From positions 3,082 to 67,081 of the forward strand of contig DIZX01000002.1 of assembly GCA_002429485.1 (NCBI GenBank): 64,000 bases of DNA, in the 5' to 3' direction. Source of the DNA: Patescibacteria group bacterium UBA6017. GTDB taxonomy: Bacteria; Patescibacteriota; Saccharimonadia; UBA4664. The translations under genes and the position numbers were made by a program. The notes beneath the pieces were generated by a model, which worked only from the letters and a program-made list of their open reading frames with translations, searched no databases and was not told where the DNA came from. Below are positions 1 through 9,413 of this stretch, piece by piece. The first letter of the stretch is position 1, and every line of letters begins with the position of its first letter.

Positions 1-850
1 GCTCGGCCTGGAGGGTGACGTCACTGGGTGGGTGGAGGACCTGCGGTCGGTCTGCCGGGAGGTGGCACGGGTGCTCAAGCCGAGCGGGGCGTTCTGGTTG
101 AACCTCGGCGACAGCTTCTCCAGGCACACCCGCTACGGCGCACCACCCAAGGCCCTGCTGCTGGCTCCGGAGCGGCTGCTGCTGGCGCTGGCTGCCGACG
201 GGTGGATGGTGCGAAACAAGGTGATCTGGGCCAAGACCAACCCGATGCCGTCCTCGAACCGGGACCGGCTGACGCTGACGTGGGAGGGGCTCTATCTGCT
301 GGTGCGGTCCGGGTCCTACCACTTCGACCTCGACGTCATCCGGGAGCCGCATACCAGCACCGCCCCGAAGATCTCCCTTGCCGCGGTGGAGGTGCCGGAC
401 GGTCGCGAGACCTGGGCGGGCCCGCTAGCGGCCAGCCGGGGCGGACTCGCCAAGGTCAAGGCTTCGGGCCGGGCTGGGCACCCGCTCGGCAAGAACCCCG
501 GCGACGTGTGGCGGATCGCTACGAGCGGCTTCCGGGGAGCGCACTTCGCGACGTTCCCGCCTGAGCTGGTGCGCCGCCCGATCCTGGCGACCTGCCCGCC
601 CCTGGTCTGCAGCGATTGCGGCTTGCCCTGGGGACCGGTCCGGGGACGCCCCACCAGCGCGGTCGGGCCGAGGTGTGACCTGGCGGTGGCACCGCGGCCG
701 GGCGTGGTGCTCGACCCGTTCTTCGGGACTGGCACCGTCGGGATCGTCGCCCGTGACCTCGGTCGCGACTGGCTCGGCATTGAGTTGAAGCCCGAATACG
801 TCCAACTGGCTCGCGAGCGACTCGGGCTCGATCTGGAGGCTGCCGCATGA
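1..850 (+). CDS. Site-specific DNA methyltransferase, N4-C/N6-A family (5' partial)
   Basis: RVLKPSGAFWLNLGDS, IWAKTNPMP, HFATFPPEL, VLDPFFGTGT, GIEL motifs; frame open to window edge. Confidence 0.9.
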   Translation, partial: LGLEGDVTGWVEDLRSVCREVARVLKPSGAFWLNLGDSFSRHTRYGAPPKALLLAPERLLLALAADGWMVRNKVIWAKTNPMPSSNRDRLTLTWEGLYLLVRSGSYHFDLDVIREPHTSTAPKISLAAVEVPDGRETWAGPLAASRGGLAKVKASGRAGHPLGKNPGDVWRIATSGFRGAHFATFPPELVRRPILATCPPLVCSDCGLPWGPVRGRPTSAVGPRCDLAVAPRPGVVLDPFFGTGTVGIVARDLGRDWLGIELKPEYVQLARERLGLDLEAAA

Positions 851-950
851 GCCAGCGCCCTCGGGCCTCAAGTCCTCGTCGGTGGCGTGCAGCCGTCGTC
901 GTCACCCCTCGTCATGGAGTGGCCGGCTGCACCAACACCAAGGAGGACCG

Positions 951-1283
951 ATGTCCGAACCAAGTGGGCGCGGGTACAAGACCCTCGCCGTTCGACTGCC
1001 CGATGAGCTGCACGCACAGCTCGTCCTCATCGCCGGGCTCGGAGGGCTGTCGCTCAACGACGCCATCCGCCAAGGGGTCCAGGAACTCGTCGACCGCAGG
1101 CGCGGCGACGGAGACCTGGCCGCCCAGGCCGCCCAGGCCCTGGAAGAGATGGAACAGGAGTCTGCTATCAAACGGCAGGCCCTGCAGGCCCTGCTCGGAC
1201 CGACCGCCGTCAAGGCGACCCCGTCTGCCGAGCAGCCCACCCCGCCCCGGGGACGCTCCCGGCGCGGGGAGCCCGCGAGCTGA
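951..1283 (+). CDS. Ribbon-helix-helix (CopG/Arc-like) DNA-binding protein
   Basis: AGGAGG 941-946 before ATG 951; KTLAVRLPDELHAQL...SLNDAIRQGV fits the RHH pattern. Confidence 0.7.
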   Translation: MSEPSGRGYKTLAVRLPDELHAQLVLIAGLGGLSLNDAIRQGVQELVDRRRGDGDLAAQAAQALEEMEQESAIKRQALQALLGPTAVKATPSAEQPTPPRGRSRRGEPAS

Positions 1284-1339
1284 TCGCTCGCGGGAGCTCA
1301 AAGCTGTGGGGAGGGCGATTCTTTCGCCCTCCCCACAGC
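1272..1339 (+). terminator. Tandem GC-rich hairpins after the RHH gene
   Basis: CCCGCGAGC/GCTCGCGGG (1272-1294) and perfect 16-bp stem GCTGTGGGGAGGGCGA/TCGCCCTCCCCACAGC (1303-1339); no U-tract. Confidence 0.6.
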
Positions 1340-1487
1340 ACCCCACCAATGCGCGATTTCTTGGCGTAAACGACAAAGAATCGGCGCAAGATGCGGATAT
1401 TCTTTGGAAAAGAAATCGTGGAACGTGGGCAACATTTCCTTGTATAATTGGAATGATCGCGAAATTGATTGGAAATGGTTAATTGAT

Positions 1488-1901
1488 ATGGCTCGGACAA
1501 ACACTAAGACGGTAAATGAGGCTAGCGCCAAGCTCGGGGCATACCTGCAACAGCTCCGATTAGAAAGACGCTTAACGATGCGCGGACTGGCCGCCCGCGC
1601 GAAGGTCGACTTCTCCTACGTCTCGCGCCTCGAACATGGTCTCGTCGGTGCCCCCACCGCGCGCCAACTATGGAAGATTGCGCGGGCACTGGACATCGAG
1701 GTCGCTGATCTCTACTCCGAGGCGGGCTTCGTCGACGCCCACGGACTCCCCGGATTCGGACCCTACCTGCGCACCAAGTACCACCTGCCCGATGAGGCCA
1801 TCTCCCAACTGCAAGCGCACTTTGCACTTATCAACGAGAAGTATCACGCGGCCCGAAATGGCGATGCAGCGATCAGTGCTGAGGAGGCACCCGATGCTTA
1901 G
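1488..1901 (+). CDS. XRE-family HTH repressor (ImmR/cI-like)
   Basis: LQQLRLERRLTMRGLAARAKVDFSYVSRLEHG...LWKIARAL HTH_3 pattern; AT-rich upstream region with TATAAT 1443-1448. Confidence 0.88.
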   Translation: MARTNTKTVNEASAKLGAYLQQLRLERRLTMRGLAARAKVDFSYVSRLEHGLVGAPTARQLWKIARALDIEVADLYSEAGFVDAHGLPGFGPYLRTKYHLPDEAISQLQAHFALINEKYHAARNGDAAISAEEAPDA

Positions 1902-2442
1902 CACGATTACCCGGCTGCGCGACCTTGTCCCGCTACGCCGCCTATCGACACCCGAGGCGCTGCGCGTTGCGGAGGACCAGGCCAACCGGCTCTTGCACCT
2001 GTCCGGAATCACGGAGCCCCCGCTTGCCGAGGACGTCATCGCCGGAATGCCCCACATCCAAGTCGAACGTGTTGTGCCCGCCAGAGCGCTCGCCGCGACA
2101 CAGTGGTCGGACGGGCGCTGGCTGATCATCATCAACGGCGCGCTCAGCCAGGGGAGACAGCGTTGGAGCCTGGCCCACGAGGTCAAGCACATCCTCGACC
2201 ACCCATTCGTGACGATCCTCTACCCCCGGGGCTCCACGGAACGGGCCGAGCAGGCCTGCGACTACTTCGCCGCCTGTCTCCTGATGCCCCGGCGCTGGCT
2301 GCGACGAGCCTGGTCCCAGGGCACCCCCGACGTCCGGACACTCGCCCGCCTGTTCGGAGTGACACCAGCAGCTGTCACGGCCCGGCTACTACAGGTTGGC
2401 CTGATTGACCCAACATCACATCACCTCGTAAGGGAGGCCTGA
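1894..2442 (+). CDS. ImmA/IrrE-family metallopeptidase (anti-repressor)
   Basis: RQRWSLAHEVKH (HExxH) and EQACDYFAACLLMP; GAGGAGG SD; overlaps XRE stop. Confidence 0.9.
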   Translation: MLSTITRLRDLVPLRRLSTPEALRVAEDQANRLLHLSGITEPPLAEDVIAGMPHIQVERVVPARALAATQWSDGRWLIIINGALSQGRQRWSLAHEVKHILDHPFVTILYPRGSTERAEQACDYFAACLLMPRRWLRRAWSQGTPDVRTLARLFGVTPAAVTARLLQVGLIDPTSHHLVREA

Positions 2443-2443
2443 C

Positions 2444-4207
2444 ATGAGCGAACCCGTGTATCTGCAGGAACCGGAGACAGTGCCGACGGCGACGCTCCCC
2501 CGAGCCGAGGTGGCGACCAGGCGCGCGGTGATCTACCTGCGGGTGTCGACGGCCGACCAAGCGCACGCGGACGGAGCGTCCGAGGGATACTCAATCCCCG
2601 CGCAGCGCGAGGCCTGCACGAGCAAGGCCCAGGACTTGGGCGCAGTGGTGGTGGGCGAATTCGCCGACCGTGGAGAGTCAGCCAGGTCTGCCGCCCGACC
2701 AGGGCTGCAGCAGATGTTGCGATTGTTGGCCGAGCACAAGGACGTTGACTTCGTCATCGTGCACAAGGTTGACCGACTGGCCCGCAACCGCGCCGACGAC
2801 GTACAGATCCAGATCGCGATAGAAAAGGCCCGAGCCCGGTTGATCAGCGTGACCGAGAGCGTCGACGACACCCCCTCAGGCAAGCTCGTGCACAACATCA
2901 TGGCCGACCTCGCCGAGTTCTATAGCGCCAACCTGGCCAGCGAGATCCTCAAAGGCTCCACCCAAAAGGCCAGCATGGGCGGTACCCCCTACCGCGCCCC
3001 AATCGGCTACCTGAACGTGCGCTACTTGGTCGAGGGCCGGGAGATCCGGACCATTGAGATCGACCTGGAGCGGGCCCACTTCATCCTGCGGGCCTTCGAG
3101 CTGTACGCGACGGGCGAGTACTCGCTCAAATCCCTGCACCTCCAATTAACGGCTGAGGGGCTGAGTACACGGCCAACACCCAGACAACCGGCGAAGCCGA
3201 TGGCGCTCTCGAAGTTCGCTAACCTGCTGCGCAACCGCTACTACCTGGGGGTGGTCACCTACCGAGGCGTAGAGCACCCCGGCAAGCACCCCGGGATCAT
3301 CGAGCAGGGCCTGTTCGATCGCGTGCAGCGCGTGCTGGAAGAGCGAGAGCAGCACACGATCAAGCAGCGCCGCAACCGCCACTATTTACGGGGGCTGCTG
3401 ACGTGTGCACGATGCAAGAGCCGCATGCTTTACACGACCGGCAAGGGCAAGGGCGGCGGCACTTTCGACTACTACGTCTGCAGCAAGCGCCACAAAGGGG
3501 CCGCTTGCGACCTCACCTACCTGTCAGCCGCCGACATCGAGGACCGGATCGAGCGCGCCTGGCACCTCTGGGTCCACCTGGACCGACTGGACGGCGAGAC
3601 GGTGGGACGCGATCTGGAGGCGATGGTGCTCGGCGACAAGGACCACCCGGAGCGGATCGCGCGCGCTCAGCGGCAGATCGCCCGCCTCGAATCCGAACGC
3701 CTCAAACTCGTGCAGATGGCCTACGCCGACGCCATCCCAATGAGCCTGCTGAAGACCGAACAGGAACGGATCACCATTCAGAGCCAGCAGGCCGAGCAGG
3801 AGATCACGAAAGCGCAGCCCAGCCAGGACATCATGAAGACCTACGAGCAGGCACGCGCCCTCATGAAGCGAGGGGCCGACGCCTACAGGGTCGCCGGACC
3901 CGACGCCCGTCGACTTCTCATCCGAGCCTTCTTAGCCCTGATCACGGTCGACACCGACGAGGAACACGCCACGCTGGCCAGCCCATGGCTGGAGATCCAA
4001 TCGGCCGCTGCCTCTGTACGTCAGGTGCGACCCCTCCCCCAACGCCCTGTGCGCCATGGTGGGCGCGTCGACCAGATCAGGAGGGCCTCAATGTCGAACC
4101 CCGGCCCTCTTTCTGAGGACCGGGGTTCGACTATGAATCCTTTGGTGGAGCTGAAGGGATTCGAACCCTTCACCTCTGCAATGCGAATGCAGCGCTCTAC
4201 CAAATGA
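2444..4207 (+). CDS. Large serine recombinase (integrase)
   Basis: YLRVST catalytic Ser, VHKVDRLARN, recombinase domain, LRGLLTCARC...YYVC Zn ribbon, coiled coil; last codons overlap the tRNA antisense. Confidence 0.95.
   Translation: MSEPVYLQEPETVPTATLPRAEVATRRAVIYLRVSTADQAHADGASEGYSIPAQREACTSKAQDLGAVVVGEFADRGESARSAARPGLQQMLRLLAEHKDVDFVIVHKVDRLARNRADDVQIQIAIEKARARLISVTESVDDTPSGKLVHNIMADLAEFYSANLASEILKGSTQKASMGGTPYRAPIGYLNVRYLVEGREIRTIEIDLERAHFILRAFELYATGEYSLKSLHLQLTAEGLSTRPTPRQPAKPMALSKFANLLRNRYYLGVVTYRGVEHPGKHPGIIEQGLFDRVQRVLEEREQHTIKQRRNRHYLRGLLTCARCKSRMLYTTGKGKGGGTFDYYVCSKRHKGAACDLTYLSAADIEDRIERAWHLWVHLDRLDGETVGRDLEAMVLGDKDHPERIARAQRQIARLESERLKLVQMAYADAIPMSLLKTEQERITIQSQQAEQEITKAQPSQDIMKTYEQARALMKRGADAYRVAGPDARRLLIRAFLALITVDTDEEHATLASPWLEIQSAAASVRQVRPLPQRPVRHGGRVDQIRRASMSNPGPLSEDRGSTMNPLVELKGFEPFTSAMRMQRSTK
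4093..4131. repeat. Inverted repeat next to the att site
   Basis: GTCGAACCCCGG (4093-4104) / CCGGGGTTCGAC (4120-4131), 11 nt from the tRNA CCA end; possible tRNA terminator or att arm. Confidence 0.6.
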
Positions 4208-4218
4208 GCTACAGCCCC
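4143..4218 (-). tRNA. tRNA-Ala(CGC)
   Basis: Reverse complement GGGGCTGTAGCTCATTTGGTAGAGCGCTGCATTCGCATTGCAGAGGTGAAGGGTTCGAATCCCTTCAGCTCCACCA; cloverleaf, G3-U70, anticodon CGC, encoded CCA. Confidence 0.97.
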
Positions 4219-4267
4219 AAGATGTGTCGAATCGACTGATCTATTGTGCCTGGTTGTGGACGGAGCG

Positions 4268-6097
4268 TCAAACGCTAGCGGGAGTAACCGGCGAGCCTGA
4301 CCGCGCGGCATCATCTTCGGCGATGAAATCGCCGGATTGGTGACTCCAGAGGCTGGCGTATTGGCCGCCAGCGGCGAGGAGCTCGGTGTGGCTGCCGTCT
4401 TCGATGATTTTGCCGTCTTCGAGCACGAGGATACGGTCCATGCGGGCGATGGTGCTGAGGCGGTGGGCTATCACGATGGCGGTGCGGCCCTCCATGAGGC
4501 TCCAGAGCGCAGACTGGATAAGGCGCTCGGATTCGCTGTCGAGGGCGCTGGTGGCCTCGTCGAGGGCCAGGATGGGGGCATCTTTGAGCATGGCGCGGGC
4601 GATGGCTACACGCTGGCGTTGGCCGCCGGAAAGTTTGATGCCGCGCTCCCCTACTAACGTGTCGTAGCCTTTGGGAAGTTTCTCGATAAATTCGTGGGCG
4701 TGGGCGCGCTTGGTGGCGCGCACGATCTCCGCTTCGGTGGCATCAGGTTTGCCGTAGGCAATGTTTTCGCGCAGGGTGCGGTGAAAAAGCAACGGCTCCT
4801 GGGGCACGTAGCTGATGGCTCGGCGAAGGTCGTCCTGGGTGACGTGGGCAATGTTTTGACCGTCGATGGAGATGTGCCCGCTGTCGAGGTCGGCAAAGCG
4901 CAAGAGGAGGCGGGTGAGGGTGGTTTTGCCGGAGCCGGAGCGGCCCACGAGGCCGATCTTTTCACCGGGGCGAATGTGGAGATTGAGCCCGCTAAAGAGA
5001 GGGTCGTCATTTTCGCCATGAGTGAAGGTCATGTCTTTGAACACGATGTCGCCGGCGGTCATGCGGGAAGGCTCGGGATCGACCGGGTCCTTGATGCCGG
5101 GCTTGATCTGGAGGACTTCGATCATATCGTGCGAATCACCAAGGGCCCGGTTGTACTGGCGCAGGACGCTCTGGAATTGCCAGAGGTTAGAAGAGAGCGT
5201 GCCGGTGTAGGTAACCATCAGGAAGATGGTAGCGATATCGGCCTTAAACACGCCGACGCCGATGACGGCGATAACCAGAGCCGTGATCCGCAGACTCTGG
5301 GAGAGGAATGACGCATAGTTTTGGCGCCTAATGAGGGCCGAAACCGTCCGCAGACCGGCCTCTCGGACTTCATCGTTTGCGAGACTATAGCGAGCCTCTT
5401 CGCTGCTGATGGCGGCAAAGGTTTTTATAGCCGAGACGTTGGAGAGGCTGTCGGCCAGATAACCGGTTTGGCGGTTTTGAGCGCCGGCCTCGGCGGCGCT
5501 GGCGGCGCTAACGGCCCCGGAGAAGTAGATGGTCCCAGCCAGATAGGCTATAGAGATTATGAAAAGAATTGCCACATACCCAGGCGTGCGGGGGGCGAGG
5601 ATAACGACCGTCGCGATAATGGAGACGATAAGTGGGACAAGGTTAAACAGCGTGGCGTCGGCCAGCCGCATGTAGGCCCCAATGAGCTTATTGGTCTGAG
5701 ACACGAGCGAGCCGGCAAACCGATTGGCGTGGAAGCTGGCGCTCATGGTCATGAGATGCGAGAAGACGCGCCGGCTGAGATCACGGGCCACGTTGACCTC
5801 CAGATGGACATCCAGCCAAATGACAACCCGCCACCCGATTACCCCGCCGAGGAGGGCGAGGGCTGAATAGGCAATTAGCTGCGGACCAAAGCTGGCCCAG
5901 ACATTCTGATGATCGTAATTGCCCGTGCTGATAGTGGCCAGCACTTGAGCAAGAATGTAGGGCATCACGAAGTCACTGGAAACGACGAGGGCGGGCACGA
6001 GCAGGGCCAGCGCCCAGACGATGGCCGGGTAACGGGTGGCGTGATTCCAGAAAAAGCGGAGAGTCCGCATGGTATGAATTTTTTTGGGCTGAGCCAT
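4268..6097 (-). CDS. ABC exporter, fused permease + ATPase (MsbA/MdlB-like)
   Basis: N-terminal TM domain; GRSGSGKT, LSGGQRQR, LALDEATSALD, IAHRLST. Confidence 0.95.
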   Translation of the reverse strand: MAQPKKIHTMRTLRFFWNHATRYPAIVWALALLVPALVVSSDFVMPYILAQVLATISTGNYDHQNVWASFGPQLIAYSALALLGGVIGWRVVIWLDVHLEVNVARDLSRRVFSHLMTMSASFHANRFAGSLVSQTNKLIGAYMRLADATLFNLVPLIVSIIATVVILAPRTPGYVAILFIISIAYLAGTIYFSGAVSAASAAEAGAQNRQTGYLADSLSNVSAIKTFAAISSEEARYSLANDEVREAGLRTVSALIRRQNYASFLSQSLRITALVIAVIGVGVFKADIATIFLMVTYTGTLSSNLWQFQSVLRQYNRALGDSHDMIEVLQIKPGIKDPVDPEPSRMTAGDIVFKDMTFTHGENDDPLFSGLNLHIRPGEKIGLVGRSGSGKTTLTRLLLRFADLDSGHISIDGQNIAHVTQDDLRRAISYVPQEPLLFHRTLRENIAYGKPDATEAEIVRATKRAHAHEFIEKLPKGYDTLVGERGIKLSGGQRQRVAIARAMLKDAPILALDEATSALDSESERLIQSALWSLMEGRTAIVIAHRLSTIARMDRILVLEDGKIIEDGSHTELLAAGGQYASLWSHQSGDFIAEDDAARSGSPVTPASV

Positions 6098-6107
6098 AAC
6101 GCTTATT

Positions 6108-7376
6108 TTAACTCAACCAAGTCAATTCCGTGTCGCCGATGCGAATAATGTCGCCGTCGACAGCGCCCTGACGGCGGATCTCGCGGGCTACACCGGTTTT
6201 GGCGAGAATGTCGCGGAGGCGGCGCACGCCATCGTCTTCTTCGAAGTTGGTGCGGCGGGCAAAGCCCTCGATGCGCTCACCGATGACGCGGAAAATGCCG
6301 TCTTCCTCGGTGACGACGCGCCAGAAATCGGGCAGGTCGATGGTCTCGATAACGGGAATGGCGGTTTCGGCAATGTGGCGTTCGCGGGCGGCACGGGCGG
6401 CTTTTACCAGCTCGGCGGCGGCGCGAAGTACCTCGAGTAAGCCAACGTGAGCTTGGGCGGAAATAATGAAGATGGGGGTCTTGCCCGCGATCTTTTTGAT
6501 GGCCTTGGCAGCGGCGGTGATGGTTTTTGCGTCCACCGTTTCTGATTTGGTGATCACGATCAATTGCGGCTTCACGGATAGGTCGACCTCGTAGTGAGCG
6601 AGTTCGGACTGGATGACCTTGTAATCGGCGGCCGGATCGGGGCTACTGGGGTCGACGAGGTGCAGCAAGACGGCTGTGCGCTCGATGTGGCGCAGGAACT
6701 CGTCGCCCAGACCCTTACCCTCGCTAGCGCCCTCAATGAGGCCGGGGATGTCGGCCACGAGGAAGCCGAATTCATCCACGTCGACCACACCGAGATTAGG
6801 CACCAGAGTGGTGAAGGGATAAGCAGCGATTTCGGGTTTGGCATTGGAGATTACTGAAAGCAGCGTGGACTTGCCGGCGTTGGGCAACCCCACTAGACCG
6901 ACGTCGGCGACCATCTTGAGCTCGAGGCGGAGTTTGTGGGCCTCGCCAGGATCACCGAGTTCGGCGTTGCGGGGTGCCTGGCGGGTACTGGACTTGAAGT
7001 GAGCATTGCCGAAGCCGCCGCGTCCGCCCTTGGCGATAATGGATTCATCTTTGGGACCGGTAAGATCCACCACCAAAACATCGTCCTCCCACACCTGAGT
7101 CCCCTGCGGGACTTTCACGATCTGGTCGAGGCCGTTTTTGCCGTGTGAACGGTTGCCGCCGCCGCCCTCGCCCGATTCGGCGCGGATGGTCTGAGCGTTG
7201 CGATAGGCAACGAGGGTATTGAGATTGTGGTCAACGCGAATAATGACGTCACCGCCGCGGCCGCCATCGCCGCCATCTGGTCCGCCCATGGCGCGGTATT
7301 TCTCGTGCCTAAAGCTGGAGCGGCCATCGCCGCCCTTACCCGCCTTTAATTCGATTGTTGCTGTATCCACGAACAT
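6108..7376 (-). CDS. obg: GTPase ObgE/CgtA
   Basis: MFVD start, Gly-rich Obg fold, GLPNAGKST, YPFTT, DIPG, C-terminal OCT domain. Confidence 0.97.
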   Translation of the reverse strand: MFVDTATIELKAGKGGDGRSSFRHEKYRAMGGPDGGDGGRGGDVIIRVDHNLNTLVAYRNAQTIRAESGEGGGGNRSHGKNGLDQIVKVPQGTQVWEDDVLVVDLTGPKDESIIAKGGRGGFGNAHFKSSTRQAPRNAELGDPGEAHKLRLELKMVADVGLVGLPNAGKSTLLSVISNAKPEIAAYPFTTLVPNLGVVDVDEFGFLVADIPGLIEGASEGKGLGDEFLRHIERTAVLLHLVDPSSPDPAADYKVIQSELAHYEVDLSVKPQLIVITKSETVDAKTITAAAKAIKKIAGKTPIFIISAQAHVGLLEVLRAAAELVKAARAARERHIAETAIPVIETIDLPDFWRVVTEEDGIFRVIGERIEGFARRTNFEEDDGVRRLRDILAKTGVAREIRRQGAVDGDIIRIGDTELTWLS

Positions 7377-7411
7377 ATTTATGGAGTATAGCATGCTTGG
7401 AGCTATATGTC

Positions 7412-7440
7412 TTGACTTATCATAATGATCATGTTAATTT
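7412..7440 (+). promoter_or_regulatory. Sigma70-type promoter
   Basis: TTGACT-17 nt-TAATTT upstream of a small + strand ORF. Confidence 0.5.
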
Positions 7441-7545
7441 TGCATGCGCTCGGTCCCCAGGACTGAGCGCCTACCCGCACCTTTCACTCGTAGATACTGG
7501 AGCATAGAGATCGCAAACAGCAAGGGCAGTAATGCCCGAATCCCC

Positions 7546-7836
7546 ATGAGAAAGCGTCAAATATGGATATTTGACGCCGAAGAACTGTCGTTCTACGTCT
7601 TCGTCTACTTCGTTGCCGCCACGATGTGGTCGGTAGTGGAATGGACAATAATCAGGCGCAACTGTGTTGCGATTCAACAACTCCTCGATACCGTACCGGC
7701 ACCAGACTGTGACAACACGGGGATACCTGCGATTGCACACCAATCGATTGCCGGGTGGCTGTGGCTCCTGGGGCTTATGCTCCTATTCAAGTTCGGCCGC
7801 CTGTTTTGGCAGGCCTGGGGTCCAAGATCTAGCTGA
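7546..7836 (+). CDS. Small hypothetical membrane protein (2 TM)
   Basis: Two hydrophobic segments flanking a two-Cys loop; upstream promoter, downstream terminator; start uncertain. Confidence 0.5.
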   Translation: MRKRQIWIFDAEELSFYVFVYFVAATMWSVVEWTIIRRNCVAIQQLLDTVPAPDCDNTGIPAIAHQSIAGWLWLLGLMLLFKFGRLFWQAWGPRSS

Positions 7837-7927
7837 GATGTGCGCGGCTCGCGGTCCGGGAATAATGTGACGCGTAGTGCGTCGTACCCGGGCTGCAACC
7901 CTCCTGAAATTATTTCTGCCTTATGGC

Positions 7928-7964
7928 AAATACCACCGGCCAAAGCGACCGGTGGTATTTTTTG
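7928..7964. terminator. Intrinsic terminator between convergent genes
   Basis: AAATACCACCGG/CCGGTGGTATTT stem followed by a T run. Confidence 0.8.
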
Positions 7965-7977
7965 ATATTTGGTTTTG

Positions 7978-9216
7978 TTAGTAGATGTAGCGGAATGAGC
8001 CTGAGGAGACGGTTCGCGAGCTAACGCGATTCCAGCCGCCGTTGAAGTTCATCTCGCTGACGGTCACACTGCCGCCCGAGACGCTCTCGACGTAGGCCAC
8101 GTGGCCGAAGTATCCGGCACCGGTCCAGGCGATGGCGCCAGGTACGGGGGTTGAGCCGACCGAGAACCCGGAGGCCTGGGCGTTGTAGTACCAGGCGTTG
8201 GCGTTGCCCCAGTTTGAGGGTACGCTGCGGCGTGATGCCACATAGTAGGTGCAGTAGCCGTACGAGTAACCGTTGCCGCTAAAGCCGAAGTGGGTGAGCT
8301 GGGGAGCGGACGGCCCCGTACTCGCACCGGCGACGCGACCAAAGCTGGAGACGGGGGCAGGTGCAGTCTTGGGGGCTTCCTGCTTGACGCCGTCGGGCAC
8401 GATAATCTTCATGCCAGCCGACAGACCTTTGACTTCAGCGTTGTTGAACGACAGTATTTGAGCCGCATTGGCGCTGAAGGCACCGGCAATGCTATCGGCG
8501 GTGTCACCCGCTCCCACGGTGTAGAGTAGGCCGCTGACGGGCAGGATGGTGAGTACCTGGCCGGGCTTAATCATGTCGGCATCATCGAGATTGTTGGCCC
8601 ACTTGAGGGTTGAACTCGTGATATTGAACTTGCTGGCGACGCCCGAAAGTGTGTCGCCCGACTGGACGGCGTAGGTGCTGATGTCGCGAGTGGCATTACC
8701 GGCCGTGGAGACAACTTGCCGCTTGGCAAGCGAGGTATCATCGGCGCTGAGCAAGGCAACCTGCTGGGTTTTGGTGGTGGCGGTTTTGGCGGCGTCACTC
8801 TGGATCATCAGCTCGCTTTTGCCAGCCATGTCGGCGGCGATGCTTGCCGTGGCGGCCGAATCGAGCGAAGAACCGATCCCGGCATCAGCCGACATCAATC
8901 TCACGGATACTGAATGCGCTCGGTCGGGGGTGTTGCCCAAAACGAGTAACGCAGCGGCACCGAGAAGGCCGATGTGCGCTAAGTAGCGCGGTCGGTAGGC
9001 GTGGGTAAGGACTTTTGAAGCCGTCAAAGAGTGTTTGACGATCTGTTGTGAAATTTCGAATTTACGGGCAGTGCGACGAGGTTTGGCCGCTGCTGGGGTT
9101 TTTATGTTCGAAAATGACTCTGACGTACTTCCGATTCCTGAACCGAATTGGCCCATTGGGAATTGATCTAGGGAAGCACTGAGGACATCTCTACTGATAA
9201 TGTTTCTCCACCTCAC
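7978..9216 (-). CDS. LysM x2 + CHAP peptidoglycan hydrolase
   Basis: YAVQSGDTLSGVASKF and YTVGAGDTADSIA LysM repeats; GYCTYYV...WGNA...GHVAYVE...SEMN CHAP; TM near N-terminus; start uncertain. Confidence 0.9.
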   Translation of the reverse strand: MRWRNIISRDVLSASLDQFPMGQFGSGIGSTSESFSNIKTPAAAKPRRTARKFEISQQIVKHSLTASKVLTHAYRPRYLAHIGLLGAAALLVLGNTPDRAHSVSVRLMSADAGIGSSLDSAATASIAADMAGKSELMIQSDAAKTATTKTQQVALLSADDTSLAKRQVVSTAGNATRDISTYAVQSGDTLSGVASKFNITSSTLKWANNLDDADMIKPGQVLTILPVSGLLYTVGAGDTADSIAGAFSANAAQILSFNNAEVKGLSAGMKIIVPDGVKQEAPKTAPAPVSSFGRVAGASTGPSAPQLTHFGFSGNGYSYGYCTYYVASRRSVPSNWGNANAWYYNAQASGFSVGSTPVPGAIAWTGAGYFGHVAYVESVSGGSVTVSEMNFNGGWNRVSSRTVSSGSFRYIY

Positions 9217-9248
9217 TCTTCGTTTTATGACACGCTGGGGCGCATACG

Positions 9249-9412
9249 CGAAGGTAAGATACTACTTGCGGGCCCGTCCTTCCCCCGATTAATTTCGGGG
9301 CAGAAGAATTTCGACCTGGTTAACACTTCGTTTCGACGGAACAAGTAGTAAATTGCGTCACACTAACATCTCACCTCGAGACATTGCGCTAATGCTTATC
9401 AATTTACCTTCG
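9249..9412 (-). ncRNA. Candidate structured 5' leader (riboswitch-like) of the LysM-CHAP gene
   Basis: Nested stems CGAAGGTAA/TTACCTTCG, TACTACTTG/CAAGTAGTA, CCCCGA/TCGGGG, CCGTC/GACGG; promoter directly upstream. Confidence 0.55.
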
Positions 9413-9413
9413 T

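Larger units (their letters stand above)
1..4218. mobile_element. Right end of an integrative element/prophage-like island inserted at tRNA-Ala (extends left of window)
   Basis: MTase-RHH-XRE-ImmA-large serine recombinase, all on + against minus-strand host genes; visibly higher GC; strong AGGAGG/GGAGG SD sites; ends at the tRNA-Ala 3' end. Confidence 0.85.

Noticed and set aside
9300-9345. SRP RNA-like word UGUUAACCAGGUC in the LysM leader
   Set aside because: Lacks the helix-8 CAGG-GNRA-AGCA motif
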